From: Candidatus Latescibacterota bacterium
GTDB lineage: Bacteria > Latescibacterota > UBA2968 > UBA8231
Assembly (NCBI GenBank): GCA_965248355.1
Contig: OZ252098.1
Span: 1,408,001-1,472,000, forward strand
DNA: 64,000 bases
Direction of reading: 5' to 3'
Below are positions 9,503 through 19,134 of the stretch, piece after piece (the first letter of the stretch is position 1; each line of letters begins with the position of its first letter). The notes beneath the pieces are model-generated. The model ran no database searches. It saw only the letters and a list, made by a program, of their open reading frames with translations, and had not been told where the DNA came from. The position numbers were made by a program, and so were the translations under genes.

Positions 9503-11449
9503 GTGACCGAATCGGACTGGCTCCGCTACATGTTGCCCCTGCCCCGGCAGGTGTCGATCCCGGGCTCCGTGAGTCGCTCTCGAAAGGCGGTCCGGGTGAC
9601 CGCCGCCGGACCGGCCGACGAGGTCCTGGAGGAGGCCGTGGATCTCCTCACCGAGGCGGTGGGCCACCGCTGCGAGGGGGAGGCGCAGCTGACGATCACC
9701 CTCGGCCGGATCGGTGATCTCGAGGCCGTGCCGGATGAGCGCCTGGCCGGTGCCCGCAACCCCGGGCAGGCGTACGTGATCACCGCTCCCTCGGAGGGCG
9801 AGATCGTCATCGCCGGGGGCTCGAGCGTCGGCGCCCTCTACGGCGCGGTCACCCTGGCTCAGTTGCTGGACGCATCGGCCGGCGCCGACCCCGTCGAGGC
9901 GCCCCTCGCCGAGATCGTCGACTGGCCGGAGATGGAGGAGCGCGGCGTCTGGAACTATCCCGACGCGCCCCGCTGGGTCCCGTGGATGGCCGGCCTCAAG
10001 CTCAACTACGGGAAGATGGCCGGCACCTCCCTCGGCCAGGTGGAGCGCGGCCGGCCGGTTGCGGCAGAGATCGACGCCGACCTCATGGTGCGCGCCCGGC
10101 GGCGGGGATTCGCCTACGTCCCCTTCATCTCGCACCTGAACTTCCTCCACGACAGCGGGATCTTCCGCGCCTGGCCGGAGCTGGCCGGCCAGGGGGACGC
10201 CGCCCTGGCGGGGCGCTACTTCGCTCACAAGGAGGGCAACCAGCACCGGGCGCCCTGCGCCTCGCAGCCGGTCCTCGTCGACCTGCTGGCCGAGTGGATG
10301 CTCTCCATCGCCGAGCAGGGGGCCGGCGAGATCAGCTGCTGGCTCAGCGAGCGCCCCTGCCAGTGCCAGTGCGAGCGCTGCACGCCCGTGGGCCAGTTCG
10401 TGCTGGAGACCCGCGCCTTCGTCGCCGCCTGGCAGCGCGCCCGCCAGCGCTTCCCGGGCCTGGTGATCCGCATCTTCTCCTCCACCACCACCCCGGAGCA
10501 GGACGACCGCGTCCTGGCCGAGCTGCCGGAGGAGGTGCGCTTCGAGCGCGCCTGCGCCACGGCCATGGAGCGCTGGCGCAACCTGCCGCGGGACCGCTTC
10601 GCCAACCCCTGCCTCGACGCGGCCGCCGCCGCCGGCCGCTGGATCGCCAGCTACGACGTGCCGCTGCAGGCCTACGGCAACGTCGACACGCCGGAGTTCA
10701 AGGTGCCCCAGTTCTCGGCCCAGCGGGTGCGGGACTTCGTGGCGCAGCTGGCGCGGCGGGGATACGCCGGCGCCTACGGCATGATGGCCTGGAGCAACAT
10801 GACCCGCGAGACCAGCGGGCTCTGCGTCTGCGCCCTGGCCGAGTACGCTTGGAACCCCGGCGGCCGCGGCGTCCGGGAGTTCGCCGAGGCCTGGGCCACT
10901 CGCGAGGGCTTGTCGGACCCGGCCGCCGTCGGCGCCTGGGCGGAACTGATAGGCGAGGTCGAGTTCGACGTCTACGACTCCGACTTCCCCATGTGCTGGT
11001 CCTGGGGGCACGCGGCGGCCATGGTCGAGGAGGGGCAAGCGCCGCGCTTCGGCGACGGCATGTTCCGCCACTTCTCGGACGAGGAGGACTTCGAGCGAAA
11101 GCTGGAGACCTGCCGGAGGGCGGCCGAACTGGTGGAGGGGTTGGAGCGCGGGGACCTGGCGCTGGCCACGGAGGTGGTGGGCTCGTACGTGGCCCTGATC
11201 CGCGCGGTCTGGAGGATCGCCCACGAAATGGCCCACGCCGACCGGACTTCGGAGGCCGGTCAGCGCGGGCTCATGAAGGGCGTGGAAGAGCTGGAGGAGG
11301 CCGGCGAGGCCAACGTCGAGGCCATCCGGGCCTGGCGCTCGCACTTGGGGCCGGAGCCGTGGAACCAGCGGGTCCACGACGCCATGGCCGGCACCCGCGA
11401 CACGGTGCGGCGCATCGCCGGCCACGTCCGCGACCGCTACATCTACTGA
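9503..11449 (+). CDS. Putative glycoside hydrolase with GH20-like zincin N-terminal domain
   Basis: LPLPRQV...QAYVI...IAGGSSVGALYGAVTLAQL...IVDWPEMEERG. GC-rich third-position codon usage. Start GTG inferred. Confidence 0.65.
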   Translation: MTESDWLRYMLPLPRQVSIPGSVSRSRKAVRVTAAGPADEVLEEAVDLLTEAVGHRCEGEAQLTITLGRIGDLEAVPDERLAGARNPGQAYVITAPSEGEIVIAGGSSVGALYGAVTLAQLLDASAGADPVEAPLAEIVDWPEMEERGVWNYPDAPRWVPWMAGLKLNYGKMAGTSLGQVERGRPVAAEIDADLMVRARRRGFAYVPFISHLNFLHDSGIFRAWPELAGQGDAALAGRYFAHKEGNQHRAPCASQPVLVDLLAEWMLSIAEQGAGEISCWLSERPCQCQCERCTPVGQFVLETRAFVAAWQRARQRFPGLVIRIFSSTTTPEQDDRVLAELPEEVRFERACATAMERWRNLPRDRFANPCLDAAAAAGRWIASYDVPLQAYGNVDTPEFKVPQFSAQRVRDFVAQLARRGYAGAYGMMAWSNMTRETSGLCVCALAEYAWNPGGRGVREFAEAWATREGLSDPAAVGAWAELIGEVEFDVYDSDFPMCWSWGHAAAMVEEGQAPRFGDGMFRHFSDEEDFERKLETCRRAAELVEGLERGDLALATEVVGSYVALIRAVWRIAHEMAHADRTSEAGQRGLMKGVEELEEAGEANVEAIRAWRSHLGPEPWNQRVHDAMAGTRDTVRRIAGHVRDRYIY

Positions 11450-11474
11450 AAGCGGCGGCGGACGCCGGCCGGGA

Positions 11475-11912
11475 TCAGCCGGCCACGGCGGCGTGTATCT
11501 CCGTCCAGTCGTCGAGGTTGTTGAGGTTCACCGCGTCCTTGATCGAGCCGTCGTCGGCGACCCCGGCGGCCGACAGGATGGCGCCGCGGGTGTCGTCGTC
11601 GTGGTCGTAGCCTCGGATGGCGGCGTTGGAGGCCTCGATCTCCCCCTGGGGGATGCTGCCGCCCCGCTGCTGAACGACCCAGGCCTCGAACTGGGCATAG
11701 GTGGGCAGGTTGGACTTGATGTAGCCCACGGCCGCGTCGCGGTCGACCGACAGCCCGTCGAGGACCATCTGGTCGAAGCCCTGTCCGCACTCGTCGTACC
11801 CGTCCTCGAGCTGTCCCTTGGCGCTCAGCAGTACCTTCGACCACAGCCTCGGCAGGTGGATGGCCCCGAGGGGACCGGCCAGGTCCGAGCTGATCAGCGG
11901 AATCGTGCCCAT
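11475..11912 (-). CDS. DUF5069-like protein
   Basis: GPLGAIHLPRLWSK...GY...GFDQMVLDGL motif, with GGAGG RBS before ATG 11912. Confidence 0.65.
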   Translation of the reverse strand: MGTIPLISSDLAGPLGAIHLPRLWSKVLLSAKGQLEDGYDECGQGFDQMVLDGLSVDRDAAVGYIKSNLPTYAQFEAWVVQQRGGSIPQGEIEASNAAIRGYDHDDDTRGAILSAAGVADDGSIKDAVNLNNLDDWTEIHAAVAG

Positions 11913-11980
11913 AATGGTTCCTCCGGTGTGAGTGGGGCGGAGAAATAGGGCGGCCCGGTCGCGGGCGTCAAGCATCGGGC

Positions 11981-12009
11981 TTGCCGGGCACGCGGCAGCC
12001 TGCTATGGT
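11981..12009 (+). promoter_or_regulatory. Putative sigma70 promoter of uxuA
   Basis: TTGCCG-17 nt-TATGGT, about 40 nt upstream of the ATG. Confidence 0.45.
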
Positions 12010-12049
12010 GCACGCAACCCGATATCGACCCGACACCAGGAGCGCGGAC

Positions 12050-13030
12050 ATGCACGCCGGCACCCAGCAGTTCAACACCAGCGATCACGATCTCGAGTTC
12101 CTCGCCCGCCACGGGGTGACCGCCAAGAGCGAGAACCACATCACCTTCCACCGGGAGTTCGGGTGGGACGTGAAGGAGCTGATCGAGAAGAAGGAGAAGT
12201 GCGCCCGCTTCGGCGTCGACCTGGAGATGGTGGCCATCCCCGTCCACTCCCTCGGCGTCGACGGCTGCAGCACTCCCAACTACATGCGCGGCCGGTACGA
12301 CGAGGGCGACCAGGAGATCGAGCTGGTCTGCAACATGATCCGCCAGGCCGCCGAAGCCGGCATCCCGGCGGTGAAGTACTTCCTGTGCGAGATGGAGAAC
12401 CAGCGCACCGAGTCGACGCCCCCGGGACGGGGCAACTCACAATACAGCACCTGGAACCTGGAGAAGGCCGACGACTCGCCGCGCTACGACGAGCCGGTCA
12501 CGGCCGAGCAGAACTGGGAGCGCATCACCCATTACCTGGAACGCGTCGTGCCGGTGGCCGAGGAGTGCAAGGTGCGCATGGCCTGCCACCCCTGCGACCC
12601 GTGGCTGCCGCCGGGCTTCAAGGGCGTCGACCGCGTCCTCGGGGGCCCCGAGGGCTTCCGGCGCTTCATCACCATCTGCGAGAGCGACTACCACGGCGTC
12701 AACCTCTGCCTGGGCTGCATGGCCGAGGCCTCCACCGACCCGCGCAACGAGGTGCCGGAGATCATCCGCTACTTCGGGTCGCGCGACAAGATCTTCCTCT
12801 GCCACTTCCGCAACATCGTCGGCGGCCGCAACAAGTTCCAGGAGGTGTGGCCGGACGAGGGCGTCATGAGCATGCACCGCAACATCGGCGCCCTGAATGA
12901 GGTGGGCTATCCGCACATGGTCGTGCCCGACCACGCCCCCGGCCACCCCGACTCCGACGGCTACCAGGCCTGGGCCTACGAGTTCGGCTACATCCAGGCC
13001 ATGATCCAGTCGGTGACCGACGAGGACTGA
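12050..13030 (+). CDS. uxuA: Mannonate dehydratase-family protein
   Basis: LERVVPVAEECKVRMACHPCDP, GVNLCLGC, HFRNI, E.WPDEG, VPDHAP. AGGAG RBS. Confidence 0.8.
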   Translation: MHAGTQQFNTSDHDLEFLARHGVTAKSENHITFHREFGWDVKELIEKKEKCARFGVDLEMVAIPVHSLGVDGCSTPNYMRGRYDEGDQEIELVCNMIRQAAEAGIPAVKYFLCEMENQRTESTPPGRGNSQYSTWNLEKADDSPRYDEPVTAEQNWERITHYLERVVPVAEECKVRMACHPCDPWLPPGFKGVDRVLGGPEGFRRFITICESDYHGVNLCLGCMAEASTDPRNEVPEIIRYFGSRDKIFLCHFRNIVGGRNKFQEVWPDEGVMSMHRNIGALNEVGYPHMVVPDHAPGHPDSDGYQAWAYEFGYIQAMIQSVTDED

Positions 13031-13052
13031 GCGCCCCGAGAGGCGCGGCTCT

Positions 13053-15590
13053 CTACAGAGCCGAGGCGCGCCTCGTCAGCTCGGCCCGGGCCTCGGCGAA
13101 GAGGGCGATCAGCCGCGCCCGCACCTCCTCGTCCCTGAACACGCCGATGCGCTCGGCCCAGGCGACGCCGCCCTCCATGTGGGTGAGCAGGTACTCCCCG
13201 TCGCCCTCCTCGAAGGCGCCCCTCCGGCCGACGTCGACGTAGACCGGCGACGAGTGGGCCATCACCGGCCCGGCGTCGGTGGCGTACGGCCCCCAGCAGC
13301 GGGCGGCGATCCAGCAGGGCTTGCCGCACTCGATCTCCGTCTTCAGGGTGATCGAGCGATCGCCCTCCCCCGCCGTCTCCCGCTCCCGGGGGACGCCGTT
13401 GACCACCAGCTCCACCGCGGTCAGGGGCCAGACGCTCCAGGCCCGGGCCTCCACCTCCACGGTGCCGCCGTTGCCGGGCAGGTCGAGCTGGCCGCCCATG
13501 GGCACGCCGTCGACGCGCAGGTCGATCATGGCGCCGGTGCTGGCGAAGGTCTGACCCGAGCGCACCGCCCGGCACCAGTTGTCGAAGGTGAACTCCCGGC
13601 CCTCGGCGAGGCGGGCATAGGTCCGCGAGCCGCCGAGGATGCGGCCGTTGGACATCTTGTCCGTGCCCCCGACGATGGGCAGCTTCTGGCCCACGTTCAG
13701 CCACCGGTAGTAGCCGCGCTCGCCCTGCCCGATCCGCTCGCCCTCCCAGATCCAGCACATCTCCGCGGCGTCGGCCTGGCCGAGGACGATGTTGGCGGCG
13801 TTCTCGAAGTCGGGGACCGGCATGTGGGGCATGATGACGAGGCCGCCCTGGGCGCGGCACTGCTCCGCCCAGTCCGCCATCAGCGCCTGGATCTCGCCGC
13901 CGACCCAGTCCTCCTGGGGGCCTCCCGTGCACATGGGCGCCACCAGTTCCCGCAGGCCGAGCAGGCTGATGTGGCCGAGCACGTGCTGGCGGTTCTCCTG
14001 GCTCACGTAGACGAGGTGGTTCTCCGTCGACGTGGGCGCCACGCCGCCGGTGAACTCCTCCCAGCTGGTGAACAGCCGCCCCCACTGGCTGGCCAGCAGG
14101 TGCACCACGTTCAGGTCCTCCCCCTCGGCCTCCAGCACGCTCGACTGGGAGGAGAGAAAGTGGACGTGGGTGTCCCCGGACCAGTAGCCCTCGGCCTTCA
14201 TGTCGAAGGCGCGCTGCACGGCCAGGGTCAGGTGCCGCTGCCCGGGCTTGATCTCCAGCTGCCGGCGCGCCGGCTCGTACTCGAAGCCGCGGGCCACCTC
14301 GACGAAGCTGGCCCCCACGGGCAGCTCGATCTGGCAGGTCCCGTCGATGTAGGCGTACGGGGTGCCTCCCGTCTTGCAGTCGCCGCCCATGTCCTCGAAC
14401 CAGGCGATGTTGACGTCGGCCTGGTGGCCGTGGGGGGCGAGGTAGACCCCCTCCTTCGAGCGGAAGTGGACGCGGCAGCCCACCGGGTCCCCCGTGTCGG
14501 CGTCGACGACGCGCACGTGCACCCACTGCCGGCCCTCGCCGTCCACCACCTGGACGCGCACGGGTCCGGACTCGGCCTCGCCCCGCTCCAGGACCTCGCC
14601 CCAGCGGAAGCCGGCGGCCGCCTCCCCCGAGGTCACCTCCAGGTTGGCCAGCGGCGAGCCGTGGACCTCGACCTGGCCTCCCGGGCCGACCTGCTGTCCG
14701 CCGCGGCCCCAGCCGGTCTCGTCGGTGGTCAGGAAGTCCGGGCCGGGAAGGAACAGGTCGTCCTGGCGCGCGATCACCCCCCGGTCCACGCCGACCTCCG
14801 GGGCTTCCTCGCCGCCCTCCACCGTCACCGCCACGGTGCGCCGCGCCTCCCAGTGGAAGGGGTCCTCCTGCTCCTGGCACAGGGTGACGGCGCCGAGGAC
14901 CAGGGGCGTGGGCGTCGCCGCCTCCAGGACCACCTCGGCGATCTCCGCCTCCGGGCTGGGCACGGCCAGGTCGAAGAGCCACCAGCCCGTCAGGTCGCCG
15001 CCCATGGCGCCCGTCCCGCCGGCGGGACGGCCGTCGGCCCGGTCGTAGCGCGAGTACACGCCCACCTGGGAGCCGCCGTACCCGAGGGCCGGCTCGTGGA
15101 GGCCCACGGAGTCGAAGTGCCGGCCGTTGCGGCACAGGAAGGGATGGTGGCCCCAGGGGGCGTTGATGTCGTGGATCTCCCAGCGCCGGCGCAGGGGCTG
15201 CGCGGACTCGGAGCCATCGGCGAAGCGGACGACGTAGCGGCCGAGGGCCTCGCCCGCCCCCTCGAGGGTGGCCCACTCCCCGTCCACGGGAGCGCAGGCG
15301 TGGGCGAAGAGCAGGCGGCGGGCCCGGGCGCCCACGGGGATGACCACCCGCGACTCGGCGGCCTCCCCGGCCGCGGCGACCACGAAGCGCCGCTCGGCGT
15401 CGGCTTTCGCCAGCTGGAAGGGGACGCCGAGGAAGAGGCACTCGCCGGCCGGCAGACCATCCAGAGGCGTGGCGTGCGGATCGTCGCCGGAGTGGGGCCA
15501 CAGCCAGCGCCCGCCGAGATCGATGTTCCCCGTGCCGGCGTTGCAGAGGCTCGTCAGGTCCAGAGGTTGGAAGGAATCGTTCATTGTCAT
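13053..15590 (-). CDS. CehA/McbA-family (PHP-like) metallohydrolase
   Basis: VARGFEYEP, YWSGDTHVH, SQENRQHVLGH, YRWLNVG..PIVGGTD, RTYA, AHSSPVYV. Confidence 0.8.
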   Translation of the reverse strand: MTMNDSFQPLDLTSLCNAGTGNIDLGGRWLWPHSGDDPHATPLDGLPAGECLFLGVPFQLAKADAERRFVVAAAGEAAESRVVIPVGARARRLLFAHACAPVDGEWATLEGAGEALGRYVVRFADGSESAQPLRRRWEIHDINAPWGHHPFLCRNGRHFDSVGLHEPALGYGGSQVGVYSRYDRADGRPAGGTGAMGGDLTGWWLFDLAVPSPEAEIAEVVLEAATPTPLVLGAVTLCQEQEDPFHWEARRTVAVTVEGGEEAPEVGVDRGVIARQDDLFLPGPDFLTTDETGWGRGGQQVGPGGQVEVHGSPLANLEVTSGEAAAGFRWGEVLERGEAESGPVRVQVVDGEGRQWVHVRVVDADTGDPVGCRVHFRSKEGVYLAPHGHQADVNIAWFEDMGGDCKTGGTPYAYIDGTCQIELPVGASFVEVARGFEYEPARRQLEIKPGQRHLTLAVQRAFDMKAEGYWSGDTHVHFLSSQSSVLEAEGEDLNVVHLLASQWGRLFTSWEEFTGGVAPTSTENHLVYVSQENRQHVLGHISLLGLRELVAPMCTGGPQEDWVGGEIQALMADWAEQCRAQGGLVIMPHMPVPDFENAANIVLGQADAAEMCWIWEGERIGQGERGYYRWLNVGQKLPIVGGTDKMSNGRILGGSRTYARLAEGREFTFDNWCRAVRSGQTFASTGAMIDLRVDGVPMGGQLDLPGNGGTVEVEARAWSVWPLTAVELVVNGVPRERETAGEGDRSITLKTEIECGKPCWIAARCWGPYATDAGPVMAHSSPVYVDVGRRGAFEEGDGEYLLTHMEGGVAWAERIGVFRDEEVRARLIALFAEARAELTRRASAL

Positions 15591-15609
15591 CCTTTCGGTT
15601 CGTGCCAGG

Positions 15610-16578
15610 TCATCCGGCTCCGAGCACTCGGGCATAGTGGTCCAGGGACAGGTTGCCGCCGCTGAGCACCCCCACCACCCGCCGTCCCGCCAGCCGCGGG
15701 CCCAGACGCGCCGCCGCCGCCAGGGGCGCCGCGGCCGCTCCCTCGGCCAGGAGCCGGGCGTCGCGGGCGTACCAGCGGATCGCCTCCTCGATCTCCTCGT
15801 CGGTCACGAGGACGAGGTCGTCGAGGTGGCGCCACAGGATCTCCATGGTCATCTCGAAGGGCACGCGCGTGGCCAGGCCCTCGTGGACGGTCCGCATCTC
15901 CGCCTCCACGTCGAGGCGGCGCTCCGACCAGGCCCGCCAGACCGCGGGGGCCGCGGCGGACTGCACGCCGATGACCTCGATCTCCGGGTTGCGGGCCTTG
16001 GCCGCCAGGCAGGTCCCCGCGGCCGCGCTGCCGCCGCCAACGGGCACGAGGATCACCTCCGTCCCGGGCGCGGCCTCGAGGATCTCCACGGCCATGGTGC
16101 CCGCCCCCGCGATCAGCTCGGGCTCGTTGGCCGAGTGCACGTAGCGTCGCCCCTCCCGCCGGGCCACCTCCTCCACCTCGACCCGCGCCTCGTCGAAGTC
16201 GCGGCCGTGGCGGCGCACCTCGGCGCCGAGGCGCTCCATGGCCTCCAGCTTGGCCGGGTTGGCGCCCTCGGCCGGGGCGTAGATCACCACCGAGGCGCCG
16301 AATCTTCCGCCGGCCCAGGCCATGGCCTGGCCGTGGTTGCCGGTGCTGGCGCTGATCAGGCCGCCGGCGAGCTCGGCCTCCGACAGACGCCCTACAAGGT
16401 TGACGGCGCCGCGGACCTTGAAGGCGCCCACGGGCTGGAAGCTCTCGCACTTGACGGCGTAGTCGCAGCCGAGCCGCTTCGACAGGGCCTCGCTGCCGAT
16501 CAGGGGCGTGGGCGCCAGGTGCTCCTTCAGGAAGGACCTGGCCGCGTCCACGTCGGCCGCCGTGGGAAGCCGGGTCAT
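15610..16578 (-). CDS. PLP-dependent threonine/serine dehydratase-family protein
   Basis: KCESFQPVGAFKVRGA, ASTGNHGQ, VPVGGGS, VLSGGN. Confidence 0.92.
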   Translation of the reverse strand: MTRLPTAADVDAARSFLKEHLAPTPLIGSEALSKRLGCDYAVKCESFQPVGAFKVRGAVNLVGRLSEAELAGGLISASTGNHGQAMAWAGGRFGASVVIYAPAEGANPAKLEAMERLGAEVRRHGRDFDEARVEVEEVARREGRRYVHSANEPELIAGAGTMAVEILEAAPGTEVILVPVGGGSAAAGTCLAAKARNPEIEVIGVQSAAAPAVWRAWSERRLDVEAEMRTVHEGLATRVPFEMTMEILWRHLDDLVLVTDEEIEEAIRWYARDARLLAEGAAAAPLAAAARLGPRLAGRRVVGVLSGGNLSLDHYARVLGAG

Positions 16579-17354
16579 GGCCGGTGCTCCCGGACCGCGG
16601 CCAGGGCTTCGGCCAGGTGGCGGCGGTAGAGGTCCAGGTCGAGGCCGACGGCGAGGATGCGGTAGCCCTTGTCGAGCAGCTCGCGAGCCTCCTCCGCGGT
16701 GGCGGCGAGGCGGCCCAGGGCCTTGCCCTCGGCCTCGCAGGCGCGGCGCACTTCCTCCTCGGCGGCCAGGTAGTCGGGGTGGTCGAAGAGGCCCGGGCGG
16801 CCGCTGAAGTTGGCCAGGTCGAACTGGCCGATCCAGAGGACGTCGATCCCCTTCACGGCGGCGATCTCCGGGGCGTTCCGGACCCCCCAGGGGCTCTCGA
16901 TCTGGGCGATCACGAGGGTGCGCTCGTCGGCCTGGCGCATCTTCTCTTCCAGCGCCTCGTCGGCGCGGTAGTCGTCGTGGGCGACGCCGAAGGCGGCTCC
17001 CCGGCGTCCGGCCATGGGGTAGCGGCAGAACCCGGCCAGGCGCCGGGCCTGGTCGGCGTCGTCGACCATGGGCGCCATGACGCCGAGGGCGCCGGCGTCG
17101 AGGACCCGCGCCGCGAAGTGGTACTCGGCGGCCGGGATGCGCACGAAGGGCACCGCGCCGGTCCCGCCGCAGGTGGCCACGAGGCCGCGGATCGTCTCCA
17201 TCGACCAGGCCGTGTGCTCCATGTCGAAGAGCACGAACTCGGCGCCGGCGTTGTCGGCGAGGCGGGCCACGCCGGTGGTCCCGAACTCCATCACCATGGT
17301 GCCGAAGGACCGGCCGCCCTCCAGCAGGCGGCGCTTGACGGGGTTCTCTCTCAC
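16575..17354 (-). CDS. HpcH/HpaI aldolase-family protein
   Basis: FDMEH, VRIP, LDAGALGVMAPMV, AQIES, GIDVLWIGQFDL. GTG overlaps the upstream stop. Confidence 0.9.
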   Translation of the reverse strand: MRENPVKRRLLEGGRSFGTMVMEFGTTGVARLADNAGAEFVLFDMEHTAWSMETIRGLVATCGGTGAVPFVRIPAAEYHFAARVLDAGALGVMAPMVDDADQARRLAGFCRYPMAGRRGAAFGVAHDDYRADEALEEKMRQADERTLVIAQIESPWGVRNAPEIAAVKGIDVLWIGQFDLANFSGRPGLFDHPDYLAAEEEVRRACEAEGKALGRLAATAEEARELLDKGYRILAVGLDLDLYRRHLAEALAAVREHRP

Positions 17355-18397
17355 TCGCCCCTCCGGCGGCGGGCGCAGGCCGCCAGCTTCGCGCGGAACG
17401 GTTCCGCCTCCAGCACCTCGCCGTTGACCACGTGGCCGGGGGCGCGTCCCTCGGAGACGGCGAGGATGCCGGCGAAGGCGCTCTCCCCCATCATGCGGAA
17501 GCTCTCGTCCGTCCAGGCCAGGGAGTGGGGCGCCAGGATCACGTTGTCGAGCAGGAGCAGGGGATCGCGAGGATCGACGGGTTCCTCCTCGAAGACGTCG
17601 AGGGCGGCGCCGGCGATGGCGCCCTGCCCCAGGGCCGCGGTCAGCGCCGCCTGATCGACGATGGGCCCGCGGGCGACGTTGATCAAGTGGGCCGTCGGCT
17701 TCATCCGGTCCAGCTCCGCGGCGCCGATGAGGTGGCGGGTCTCCGGGGTCAGGGCACAGCAGATGAGGACGAAGTCGGCCTCCCTGAGCAAGTCCGCCAA
17801 CGACACCAGCCGCGCCCCCAGCCCGGCGGCGGCCTGCTCGTCGGCGAAGGGATCGGCGGCCAGCAGGGTCATCTCGAAGGGCGCGCACAGCCGGCAGACC
17901 TCGCGGCCGATGTTGCCCAGCCCCACCACGCCGAGGGTGCGCCCCCGCAGGCCGAGGCCCATGTGGTCGACCCTCTCCGGCCAGCGCCCTTCGCGGGTGA
18001 GCCGGTCCTTGGCCGGCAGCCGGTGGGCCAGGGCCAGGAGGAAGGCCATGGCGGCGCTGGCCACGGGACGCCGTACGCCGTCGGGGGTGATGGTCAGGGC
18101 CACCCCGGCGCGCGTGCAGGCGTCCACGTCCACCGAGTCGTAACCGACCCCGATGCGGGCCACCACCGCCAGCCGGCCGGCGTCCGCCAGGGTTGCCGCC
18201 GAGATCCTCGGGGCCAGGACGAGCAGGGCGTCGCAGTCGGCGACGGCCTCGGCCGGCACCTCGTCGGCGCCCTCCTCGAGGCAGTGCCACTCGACGCCCT
18301 CGGTCCGGTCCAGCGGGGAGAGGTCGATATCGGGAAAGGCCTGGCGGCCGTCGGGCCGCAGGAAGTCCATGGTGAGACCGACGCGAAACATCCTCAT
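17351..18397 (-). CDS. D-isomer-specific 2-hydroxyacid dehydrogenase (SerA-like)
   Basis: ARIGVGYDSVD, GVVGLGNIG, LINVARGPIVD, AALDVFEEEP, ILAPH. Confidence 0.92.
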   Translation of the reverse strand: MRMFRVGLTMDFLRPDGRQAFPDIDLSPLDRTEGVEWHCLEEGADEVPAEAVADCDALLVLAPRISAATLADAGRLAVVARIGVGYDSVDVDACTRAGVALTITPDGVRRPVASAAMAFLLALAHRLPAKDRLTREGRWPERVDHMGLGLRGRTLGVVGLGNIGREVCRLCAPFEMTLLAADPFADEQAAAGLGARLVSLADLLREADFVLICCALTPETRHLIGAAELDRMKPTAHLINVARGPIVDQAALTAALGQGAIAGAALDVFEEEPVDPRDPLLLLDNVILAPHSLAWTDESFRMMGESAFAGILAVSEGRAPGHVVNGEVLEAEPFRAKLAACARRRRGE

Positions 18398-19134
18398 CCT
18401 CCTCCGGAACGGATTCGGGCCTCGGCCTCGCCCAGGGCCGCGGCGTTGTCCCAGGCGGCGATCAGATCGGCCCGGGCCCGCTCGGTTTCCCCGCCGAGGC
18501 GCCCTGCTTCGGCGACGAGGGCCGGCAGGGCGCGGACGACGTTGTCCACGATGGTCACCGTGGCGGCGCGGGCCGTGCGCGACAGCGGGTTCAGGTCGAC
18601 GGTCAGGACCTGGCGGCCCATGCGGCGCAGGGCCTCGCAGCGGTCGCCGTCCTCGAGGGGGACGAAGATCACGTCCGCCTCGAGCAGTCCCTCGGGGTGC
18701 ACGTGGCGGCGGTTCGAGTCGAGCCCCTCGAGGGCGGTCCCGGCCTCGGGCAGCAGGACACGCTCGGCGCCGTGGGCCTCCAGGTGGGCGGCGATGGCGC
18801 GCTCCCGCTCGCGGGAGCCGTGGAAGATGTTGACCTCGAGGGGAGCCCCGGTGAGCCGGGAGAGCCGCACCAGCTCCCCGGGGACCAGGGCGGCGGCGTT
18901 GCCGTTCACCGAGAGCACCGGTTGGCCGGCGGCCAGCAGCCAGGCCGCCGCCGCTTCGCAGGCGCGCCGGGCCCAGGGTCCGCTGCGCTCGCCCAAGAGG
19001 TAGTCGCAGGCCTCGCCGCGGCCGTGGGCGATCAGCCCGTGAGGCGAGGTGATGCCCGCCTCGACGCCGGCCACGATCAGGTCCCGCGTGAGCAGGGAGG
19101 CGCGGCGCGGATGGCTCTCGGGGACGTCGGTCAC
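18394..19134 (-). CDS. Archaeal-type 4-phosphopantoate--beta-alanine ligase (phosphopantothenate synthetase, PPS)
   Basis: VPESHPRRASL, GLIAHGRGEACDYLLGERS, PVLSVNGNAAAL, VPLEDGDRCEAL, VDLNPLSRTA, TIVDNVVRA. Confidence 0.92.
   Translation of the reverse strand: MTDVPESHPRRASLLTRDLIVAGVEAGITSPHGLIAHGRGEACDYLLGERSGPWARRACEAAAAWLLAAGQPVLSVNGNAAALVPGELVRLSRLTGAPLEVNIFHGSRERERAIAAHLEAHGAERVLLPEAGTALEGLDSNRRHVHPEGLLEADVIFVPLEDGDRCEALRRMGRQVLTVDLNPLSRTARAATVTIVDNVVRALPALVAEAGRLGGETERARADLIAAWDNAAALGEAEARIRSGGG

Noticed and set aside
8435..11449. Apparent fully overlapping 1004-aa and 993-aa ORFs on opposite strands
   Set aside because: These are two divergent genes (PhyH 8444-9334 and GH20-like 9503-11449), each over-extended through the stop-free antisense frame of the other.
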